Shown: positions 13,723 through 23,696 of the stretch, piece after piece
How the letters are laid out: every line of letters starts with the position of its first letter
How positions within the stretch are numbered: position 1 is the first letter of the stretch
Origin: Zootoca vivipara
Taxonomy: Eukaryota
Reading direction: 5' to 3'
Length of the DNA stretch: 64,000 bases
NCBI RefSeq assembly: GCF_963506605.1
Contig: NC_083276.1
Coordinates: 75,454,001-75,518,000 of the forward strand
The notes under the pieces: generated by a model
The model's database searches: none
Told to the model about the DNA's origin: nothing
Seen by the model: only the letters and a program-made list of their open reading frames with translations
Position numbers and translations under genes: made by a program

Positions 13723-14197
13723 CCCTAACTGCAGGATTCCATTTATACCTCACTCCTCCAAAACTTGAGGCAACTTAGAAATTTCATATAAAAAAAACCA
13801 CACACACACACAAAACAAACAAACAAACAACTGCAATGAAGATAGCAGCAACATACAATTTCAGAAGCAATCCAGCAAAATTAAAGCATTTGACAGCACA
13901 ACACTATATAGTCAGAGTTCAATGGGACTTACTTTCAGGAAAGTGGGAATAGAAACACCACCTACATTCTACTTAAATCAAGAGGAGGCTTCTTTGGACA
14001 GACTACACCCAATCAAAGTATCCCAATTCCTCAGGAGCAGATCTAAAGTGATAGGCTTTACATTGCTTCCCCCCCCCCAAAAAAAATCTCCTCCTTGGGA
14101 GTAAGAAAAAGGCCCTCCCTCCTCCTTTCATCTTTTGCCATGTATACCTTTAAATCAAGATGGAAGAAGAAAACTGAAAAACTATTTTGTACTAATC

Positions 14198-14333
14198 CAA
14201 GCATCCCCAAACTGTGGCCCTCCAGATGTTTTGGCCTACAACTCCCATGATCCCTAGCTAACAGGACCAGTGGTCAGGGAAGGTGGGAATTGTAGTCCAA
14301 AACATCTGGAGGGCCAAAGTTTGGGGATGCCTG
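14198..14333. mobile_element. hAT (Charlie-like) hairpin MITE
   Basis: Same family, perfect TSD TACTAATC. Confidence 0.9.
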
Positions 14334-14684
14334 TACTAATCTTATACCATCCTCTTGACTCCCGGCAGCCACATCTTTCATTGGGGGATAGTGTTTCTGC
14401 CTTTTGTGTTTTCCAACAATTTGCTGGACAACTAAGAATGTGATTAGGAGACTACCACTTGCTTGCCACCATCACCCTACCACCAACTTTTTAATTTAAT
14501 TTTTAACATAGTTAAATTGAACAATACTTATGTCCTGGCAGGCCTTGTTTGCTTTAGCATAACCAATCAGCACATTGGGGAGCACTCCTTCTCCAGCAAG
14601 GAAGCTGCTAATGCTCAAGGAGGCAATTTATCAAAGCTTGCAGTAAGGAATTGTACAAAATTGACATAGCTACCTGAGAGGAAT

Positions 14685-15102
14685 GTATAGAAGTGAGAGC
14701 TGGACCATAAAGGTGGCTGATCGCTGAAGAATTGATGCTTTTGAATTATGGTGCTGGAGGAGACTCTTGAGAGTCCCATGGACTGCAAGAAGATTAAACC
14801 TATCCATTCTGAAGGAAATCAGCCCTGAGTACACACTGGAAGGACAGATCCTGAAGCTGAGGCTCCAATACTTTGGCCATCTCATGAGAAGAGAAGACTC
14901 CCTGGGAAAGACCCTGATGTTGGGAAAGAATGAGGGCACAAGGAGAAGGGGACGATAGAGGATGAGATGGTTGGACAGTGTTCTCAAAGCCACCAACATG
15001 AGTTTGACCAAATTGCGGGAGGCAGTGGAAAACAGGAGTGCCTGGCGTGCTATGGTCCATGGGGTCACGAAGAATCGGACACGACTAAACGACTAAACAA
15101 CA
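14685..15102 (+). mobile_element. RTE-BovB LINE, 5'-truncated 3' end
   Basis: Encodes RVPWTARRLNLSILKEISPEYTLEGQILKLRLQYFGHLMRREDSLGKTLMLGK; ends in (ACGACTAA)2(CAA)n; 13-bp TSD ACCTGAGAGGAAT. Confidence 0.92.
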
Positions 15103-17752
15103 ACCTGAGAGGAATAAGTCATATTCATTGCATTATTGTCCCATACAACATACAGAAATAAAGGGCCTTGGATTGGACCAAGTGTTTTGTTTTTATGACA
15201 TCAGTACTGATGATGGCTCCACTTGGAACTTAGTAGCACTATGCCTTGAAGAGTTCGCAATGGGTCCATCTGATTTCTATCTCTAGCCATGGCCATTTCC
15301 AAGTAGAGCCACTGCAAGAATCAAGCAAAGTATATAAAAGGAGAAGGGAAGTATGCACAGAGAGCCCAAGTATACTCACATACAAATTATGGAAGGGGGA
15401 TATTTGAATTGAGTTTTCTACAGATGTAGGCAACTTTGAGGAAGACACACTTTAACCAACAGCACATCAGCAAAGTTATTCTTGTGCTACTCTCTTATTT
15501 GCATGGGCCACAAGGGTAGAGCGCTTTAACAAACAGGTTTTGCAGAGGCATGCCTATTTCACTGACAGGCAGATAAATCCATATAGCTTTCTCTCCCCAT
15601 ACTCAACATTTAGAAACACTGTGGGCAAAGCAGGAACAGACAGAAATCAGAGTGTCAAACACATATTTTACAACTTCAGCCGATTTGCCAACTATGCTCT
15701 TTTTTGGAGAGGCTGGGCCTAGGCCCAAACATCTGTGCCCTTTGGTGTAGATTACCAAGATGCAATCTGTGTAGGGCTACTTAAGGCCAACCTGGAAAAA
15801 GTCAACTGGCCCAGAATGCAACTACTAGAGTTCTTGTAGGGAGTGGGAGATCAGTGCATATTATTCTAATCCTTTATCAATTTGCACCAATTACTCACAA
15901 AAGCTGGATTGGACCTGCCAATACATTATGGGAGCCTTACAGAGAAGTCTCTAGGGGAAGGCATCATTAGCAGTGGTGCCTAGTGAGTGCTGCAAACTTC
16001 AGGTACTACAGTGTTTGGAGAAAAAGCTGGGTCCTGAATAAGGTTTCTTTGGAATATTCCCGGACTTCCTACCGAGAGCAACTGCTGCCCCACTCTGTAT
16101 GAGCACCATTAACAGAAAGGCAAAGTAATGCCCTCAAGTTTTAACAACAAGGTTACTTTACCTACCCTTATTAGTGTAAACTTATTAGTTCCCAATAGTT
16201 TTATACAGCCCAGAACTGGAAACACTGGTGCTTCCTATAGTATCCATAAGCCATAAAGCTACCTTCAGCTCCTCCTCTAACCATCACTTGTACCCTATAA
16301 TAGATGTCTATAAGCAATAGTTATCCTGGTACGTCAGGTAAAAAGGCAGGAAGATAATTCAGAATTCGCCACAGACATAGCAGAGCCTCAGGTGTTACAA
16401 ACAGGCATTGCCAGCCTTCTCTACAGTCAGCTTAATTATGGTGTGCAGAAGGTGCCCACAGTGACAAAGAAGTGTGTATGGAACAATGTGGAATTAATTG
16501 TGTGTCTTGATCAACAGGGGATATCATTTCAGGACCAAATCCTTGATTATATAAACACATCACTGGATGGAGTGGTTTGTTTTCCCCTTGCAAAACCCAA
16601 CCGTGTTGCTGAAATTAGCTGAACTGAAAGTCAAAGCAACACAAGAAAAAGACGTTTTCTGTTTAAGACACACATTTTCTCCCTCTTTTATATTATGCCC
16701 ATCACCACATTGGGCTGCAGCATTAATCGCAAGCCTCAACATATTGCACATTTTTAATATCATTAATAACATCTAGATTTAATAGAGATATTTTTCTTAG
16801 CATATTGGTTATGTATTCCACAAAGGCATGAAGCAAGAGCTCGGAACATGCTGCTTACATGCACATCAATTACAAGCATCCTTTCCAGAGGAAAAGACAC
16901 TGTGGATAAAAAGGCCTTGACCTAGCATTGAGAAGACCATCAAGATAGCACCAGGTGAATCCCTCTGGGGAGGCAGATATAAAACCAGGGCACCACTACC
17001 AAGAATGTCCTCTTCTGTAGTCCTACCCTCCACACTTCCATTTAGAAGGGATGCTTGGAGCAGGGCCTGAGGAACTTCAGGAATGAGTGGATTACATATA
17101 GCTAATGAAGTTGACCAGCAGGAACAGAAATTTAGAACCAGGTTCAGTAGGATAAATATATGTTCAGATTATTTAAAAATAAAAGCCCGCAAAAATTTAC
17201 AAAGACCCCAGTTTACAATCACTGCAGGTTAGTATTTTTACTGCTTCCCAATCCCATCACATAGGCGCAGTGTGATTTTTGTTGTGATCTAAAGGATATT
17301 TTAAATCAATACAGAAGATGGGAGACACAACCAATTTGACAATTTCCCTCCCCAGGCATTAAGTAGCTGAAATGTGCATTTTAAATGTTCTGCTTAAAGG
17401 ACTGGGTTACTATAAACCTCTAAGCTTTTGTTTTTATATGTTGGGGGCATGAAGGAATCTTACAGTTGAGCTAATCATATTGGATTCATGTCCTGCTGCT
17501 GTAATTTGACAGGCAGTGGTGAGTCAGACCATCAGATCTGCATAAACTCAAAATTTAATGCCAATCCAGTGGTCTGACTGAACACTGCCTCTTCCCCTCT
17601 GCCTGCCAAAATACGGAACACAGGACATGGATCCCAGAAGATGAGCTTTACTATAGGATTATGAAACATTTCTTCAAGTAATCCCCCTCAGGAAAAACAA
17701 CAACCATACATGAAAAATTCATGTTGGCCATGTAAGCATTTTGATAATTTTA

Positions 17753-17970
17753 CAGTGGTACCTCTGGTTAAGAACTTAATTCATTATGGAGGTCCGTTCT
17801 TAACCTGAAACTGTTCTTAACCTGAGGTACCATTTTAGCTAATGGAGTCTTCCGCTGCCGCCGCCACACAATTTCTGTTCTCATCCTGAAGTAAAGTTCT
17901 TAACCTGAGGTACTATTTCTGGGTTAGTGGAGTCTGTAACCTGAAGCGCCTGTAACCCGAGGTACCACTG
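17753..17970. mobile_element. Tigger-like MITE
   Basis: TIRs CAGTGGTACCTC, TA TSD; same family as 47097-47338 (opposite orientation) and 40859-41233. Confidence 0.9.
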
Positions 17971-20109
17971 TATTCCAATAGCTCAATATATTTCCACTTA
18001 GTATGCAGGATGAGAGACAATTTTCTCAACACATACACACAAAATATACAATGAAGTTTCACAAAAGTCCTACATCTATGTCTGTTACATCTGCAGGTCA
18101 GGAGGAATTTCTTCCAAATAGGTATAACAAGAACTGCACTGACAAATGAAAATGCAGCTAAGCTGCGTATCAGGCTGGGCAGACAAGTTTCTTCAAACTG
18201 GGTATTTGGGCAATAGCTCTCAATTGTACTCTAGCACTAGAGCATAACCAACATCAATATGCTCAGTGGCTGAAAGGTCACTTTTGAACAGAGGTTTCCC
18301 ACAGCAGTGTTAGTATTTTTATTTTCTGCAGGTGATGGGTATGTTTATTCAGTGTGCCTAATACCCACAGTTAAATGGAAGCTGTGGCAAACTCTGTTAT
18401 AGCAACAGCTAATATAAGTGGAATAGAAGGATCATTTTTTTAAAAAAAAATCTTGTGAACTGCCCTAATAATAATAAATCAACTAGTAGAACACAGCCAG
18501 GCATCATTCTGTGACACTCCTTTGCTAGAAGTAGGCTACTACTACTGTAAGATACTTCATGTTGTACATCCTGATTTGGCCTTAGGTTAATGGAGGAGCT
18601 GCCTTCACTTGAAGCACCCTAGGAATCAAACCACCCCTTTTCGTCCAGGTTACTAAAAGATAACTCTAAGGTACCTGGAGCCAGGTAACTTCTTTCTAGC
18701 AACAATAATATTTATACACAGATTTGTGCAGCACCAGTAATCTCTGACAGGTAACATACAGAATTTACTCCTCAAAGTTGGAAATATCTGAGGAGTGTGT
18801 GCTGGCATACCTACACAGGGCCATTAGTATTCTTGAAACTGTTCTTAAGATTAACACTGGCCAGTTCACCAGTTTAGACAGGCCTCTCCAGCTTTGCTCT
18901 TAAGTATCTCCTGAAGATAGTGGCCACACTGCCAAAAGAAGATTAGGACGCAGCAGGGAATTTGCAAAAACCTCAGATGACTGCAGGCTACAGAAACTGT
19001 ACCAATTTAACTAACTTGCCTTCTAAAATGCATGCAATTCAGCCTGTGCCATTCCAACTGTTGTTTTGGAATTAAAACAGTCATTTAGGCAACAAATGTG
19101 TTGGGGAGCAGGCCAACTCAGCTACATTTGGTTATTCTAAAATGGATCACATTTCAGTAGGCCAGTGAAAGCTATTCAGTACACGTTTTCAGCACATACA
19201 TATTGTAAGTGATTTAAAAAGCAAGAGATTCTAGCTAGTGGCCATTTTTAGGGAGACGGCTTTTTTAAAAACCCACATTTTTGACAAGAACTTGAACTAG
19301 AGAAGCCCAAGCAATCTTACTGTACCTGCCCTACTGCTTTGTGCTTTCCTGCACACAAGACACCGCTAACAGGCATATTCATAATACTGGAGTAAGTTTC
19401 CTGGTTCATACATAGACTTCCCGGAGGAGGGAGGGGGATACTTCCTTTCCTACACCAGCTGCCTTTTTCGCTTCCAATGCTCATGTTTACCTCCATCCTA
19501 CTGGTCACAGTGCATTTCTTTCCAGCCCACCCAAATTAGGAACCATTTGCACCTTTCCTTGGGACCCATTTTTCAGGATATGAACTGGCACATAGCCTGG
19601 CTCTCTTCTTCTTTTATAAAGGCAGCCAACCGGCGAGACTGATTCAGCCCAGCCCATATTTCCAAATCAGAATATACAGGATTAGCACCACCATAGCACT
19701 AAGACTATTTCGGAAACAACAACTAGGGATTTCCGTGAGCGTGCGAGCCAGCCAGCCAGCCGGATCATTTTAAGGGAGAAGGGGATCCAGGATCTTCTTG
19801 ACCCCCACAATTCCTCCCCCCCATCCCCCCATCCTATCACATGCACGCTATCACATGCAAACAAGCCCCTTCACTCCCTTCAGCAAAGGATCCAAATGCA
19901 ACCCTGTCTGACAGGCATGCCCTCATCTCCCCCCACCCCTCCACACACACACACGTCCACAAGCCTTGTAAACAGGGCCCCTCCTTGCTGGAGGAATCCG
20001 AGTTCGCGCAGCCCCAGCCCTACGGAGAAGGAAGGAACGCCGCTTCCCTCCCCCCCCCCGCCGGCTTCCGCAATACTGAGCCGAGGAGCCCTTTCCCTAG
20101 GAAAAGGAA

Positions 20110-20197
20110 AAAATTCCTTCAGTAGCACCTTAAAGACCAACTAAGTTTTTATTTTGGTATGAGCTTTCGTGTGCATGCACACTTCTTCAGATACGAA
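20110..20197 (-). mobile_element. Penelope-like terminal fragment in AP2A2 intron 1
   Basis: Reverse complement of part of 12916-13040, flanked by the 10-bp direct repeat GGAAAAGGAA. Confidence 0.6.
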
Positions 20198-20421
20198 GGA
20201 AAAGGAACCGCAAGTCACTGCAAGACTCGGGCGAGCCGGAGAGTCCCCCGGGAGCCCCGCCCGACAGAGACAACCCAGGCCCCCCAGATACCTCCACACC
20301 CTCCGCTTCTCCCCATAGCTAACGGCCCCTGCCCAAGGGACCTCCCTTTCCTCTCCCCACTACTAGCGCAACGGGGGACCCCCCCCCCAAGTTCCTCCTC
20401 GTCCGGGGCTGACGCGCTTAC

Positions 20422-20488
20422 AATTCCTGATGTCGGAGATGAAGACGGCCAGCCCGCGCATCCCGTCCCCCTTCGACACAGCCGGCAT
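20422..20488 (-). CDS. AP2A2: AP-2 complex subunit alpha-2, coding exon 1 (67 nt)
   Basis: ATG at 20488 encodes [22 protein letters not shown], followed by a GTAAGC donor at 20421. AP2A1 shares this N-terminus; AP2A2 is assigned from head-to-head synteny with CHID1. Confidence 0.95.
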
Positions 20489-22296
20489 CTTGGCGACAAA
20501 GCGAAGGCTCCCGCGGCCGCTGCTCCTCCGGGCGCTGCTGCTGCTGCTGCTGCCACCACCGCCGCTACTCCCTCTAAGGACCTTTAGCCTCTGAAGCCGC
20601 CTCTCCGCCCACGCCGCCGCCGCCGCCGCTGCTCCTGAGCGCAAGCGCGGCGTTTCGGCTCCGTCGCCTCCCAGCCCCCGACGGCTGCCAGACGGGGCCT
20701 CGAAGCGCCACCTCGTGTGCGGGGCTGGCTCAGCGCAGCCTCAGGCAGAAAGGGCCGGCGGGAGAGGCGCCCCGTGGAAATCCGGGGAGGGGGCTTTCCC
20801 CAAAATTAGCTAGCGTAGGATGGAGAGGTGCCGCATGCACGTAGGTGTTTGCTCTCGGATTGCTGACGCGGGCGCAATCTCCTGCATGTCTACTCAAAAG
20901 TCAGACCCACAATTTTTTTAAAAAAGCAAACGCGTGTTCAAGTATTTCTACTCAGAAGTAAGTTTCACTGAGTCCAATGGGACTTACTCCCAGGAAAGGG
21001 AGAGAAGGGCCGCCTTGCAGTGCAAGCCTATATATGCCTACTCAGAGAAGTAAGGCCACTTGAGTTCAACAGGCTTATAATACACCCACTTAAGAGATGC
21101 ACCAGGCAGGAGAAAGATAAGCTCTTAGCTTTTTACTGGAATTCAGCAGACAAACTGTCAAACTGACATCTGAAATTGCCCTTAGATATCTTGGGGTCAA
21201 TGGGCAAATATTCTGAGCATTTGGGACTAGTGTGTGAGTCACTGCACAACGGAGGGAAGGCTGAGTCTTAGCAATAAGAGAAGTGTTTTGTTTTAATTAA
21301 TGCATAACTAAAACAAAATTAGTCACTTTCATTTTAGTATTGCATTGACCAAAACTATTTAAAAATAAATAAATTTATACTTTTCAGATATATACATTTC
21401 ACTGATTTTACAACCAGTGCTTCCCCCATCTACAAATATTATGAAAAGCATTGAAAATACTCAATTATCTGAGGTTCTGCCCCCCCCCAGCAGAAGCTTG
21501 CCCCCCACAATGTCCTATTTACAGGGTATTCTTACCCTTTATTTCCCAAGAAAAGCTCAACAACTTTGATTTTCGAAAAAAAAGCTAAACAACTTTTATT
21601 TCCTACACTGCTATGAGACTGAAAGGAAAAACTATAATGAATGAATTGCTAATTGCAAACACATTAGGTAGACCCTGTGGTATATACAGGTAACTCTGCC
21701 ATAGGGCTTCGTTTGATGGTGATACCACTTGGAATACCCAAAGTGGTTAGGGTAGGGCCTCTGAAAAAAGGGCCGTCTTCATGGGCATAGGCAGGGGGGG
21801 CAGGAGGGGGCAGCTGCCCCCCCCTAGAAGCAAAAAAATTAATGTATTTTACAGACCATAACCAGCACTTTTCCCCTCCAAAAACTGAAGTGGAAAGGGC
21901 TTTGCTTTAGCAAGAGCAGCTAAGTCTCCGCTTGCTGGGGGGGGGGACACACAGCAGTAACAAAAACACATCAAATAAATAAAGCAAAGTGGCTACCAGT
22001 AGTTAAGCAGTTAAGACAATGGAGCATATATCCCCAGGCAAGATTCGATAGCTGACCATTTCACCCTATTGTTCTTAAGTGGGAGTTGTTAATGAGCATT
22101 CAGGAGCATTAAGAGTTCTATTGGCGATTTAATGAGGGTGCAGACTCAGAGGATTCAATTTGACTAAGGTGGCTCTGCAAGGCTAAAAAGAAGTGAATAA
22201 GAAAGGGGGGGCTGTAGCTTTGACAGACACAGTGATGTTTATAAAAAACATTGGTGTTCCAGTCTGCCCCTCCTCCTGCATCTGTATACTGTAAAT

Positions 22297-22633
22297 CAGG
22301 GGTGGCCACCTCCCAAGAGACTCTGATCTACTCAGAGTTTAAAACTGGGGGTGATCTACCCCCTTTTGGGGGGTTCAGGTCAAAGCTGTTGAGTTTTTTT
22401 TTAAAGGAAGGGAAGCCCTGTTTTTTTGGGTTTAGGTCAAACTTGTTGAGCTTCTTTTAGGAGGGAGGGAGGCCCATTTTTGTTTAGGGCTTCAGGTCAT
22501 AGTTCAACTTTTTTGAGGGAGGAGGAAAATTTTGGGTGAGCTTTTTTTAGGGGTGCCAGTGACCTACCAGTGATCTACCACAGACATCCAGTGATCTACT
22601 GGTAGATCACAATCTACCTGTTGGACGTGCCTG
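22297..22633. mobile_element. hAT MITE nested in the composite element
   Basis: CAGG...CCTG ends, subterminal GATCTAC repeats, perfect TSD CTGTAAAT. Confidence 0.85.
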
Positions 22634-22678
22634 CTGTAAATCAAGCAGAGAGAAAGCTGCTTACAAGGCTCCTGTACA

Positions 22679-23696
22679 TGCAGAGTTCCAGCATCACAGC
22701 GTCACCCAGAGGCACCCACAAATATGAGTTATCCCTCTCTCTATTTCTTCCTTCCTTCCCTCCCTCTTCCATCCTTAATAAAATACGGGGGGGAGGGCAG
22801 ATAAGCCCCACATAGAAAGCCCATCAACATGGGGGGATGACTCTTTCAAATACGGTATTTACCAGTAATTTGGGGGGGGGCACCTAGGCCTCTAGGAGTT
22901 GGATGCTATGCCTAGGAATAGGACAATTCAAGAAAGCAGAATGATGCATATGCTATGGTAATATATCAATAGAATCATAGAATTGTAGTCGGAAGGGACC
23001 ACAAGGGTCATCTAGTCCAACCCGCTGCAATGCAGGATTTTTTCCCTAAGGTGGGGCTTGAACCATGATTGAAATATTATGCTGATATGCAGCAACGCCT
23101 CGGAGCCGTCGTGGCTGCAGCCATGCCTTGCCCCACCCTCGCCCGCCCTTCCACTCCCTCTCGCCTGCCCGACCCTCCTGTCCTCTTGCTGCAGAGTTCC
23201 AGCATCACAGCGTCATCCAGAGACACCCACAAATATGAGTTATCTCTCTCTCTATTTCTTCCTTCCTTCCCTCCCTCTTCCATCCTTAATAAAATACGGG
23301 GGGGAGGGCAGATAAGCCCCACATAGAAAGCCCATCAACATGGGGGGATGACTCTTTCAAATAGGGTATTTACCAGTAATTGGGGGGGGGGCACCTAGGC
23401 CTCTAGGAGTTGGATGCTATGCCTAGGAGTAGGACAATTCAATAAAGCAGAATGATGCATATGCTATGGTAATATATCAATAGACTCATAGAATTGTAGT
23501 CGGAAGGGATCACAAGGGTCATCTAGTCCAACCCCCTGCAATGCAGGATTCTTTCCTAAGGTGGGGCTTGAACCATGGTTGAAATATTATGCTGATATGC
23601 AGCAACGCCTTGGAGCCGTCGTGGCTGTGGCTGTGTCTTGCCTCACCCTCGCCCGCCCTGCCACCCCCTCTCGCCTGCCCGACCCTCCCGTCCTCT
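22679..23696 (+). repeat. Tandem duplication, two ~510-bp units (22679-23186 and 23190-23696)
   Basis: TGCAGAGTTCCAGCATCACAGCGTCA... recurs with a 511-bp period, with scattered substitutions between the units. Confidence 0.95.

Larger units (their letters stand above)
19990..20880 (-). promoter_or_regulatory. AP2A2: CpG island / AP2A2 promoter and 5' UTR
   Basis: High GC and CpG density around exon 1, NRF1-like GCGCAAGCGC at 20639-20648, and triplet repeats in the UTR. Boundaries are approximate. Confidence 0.85.

Noticed and set aside
20159-20587. 142-aa ORF antisense to AP2A2 exon 1
   Set aside because: Low-complexity Pro/Ala product of the CpG island, with its start codon inside a TE fragment.
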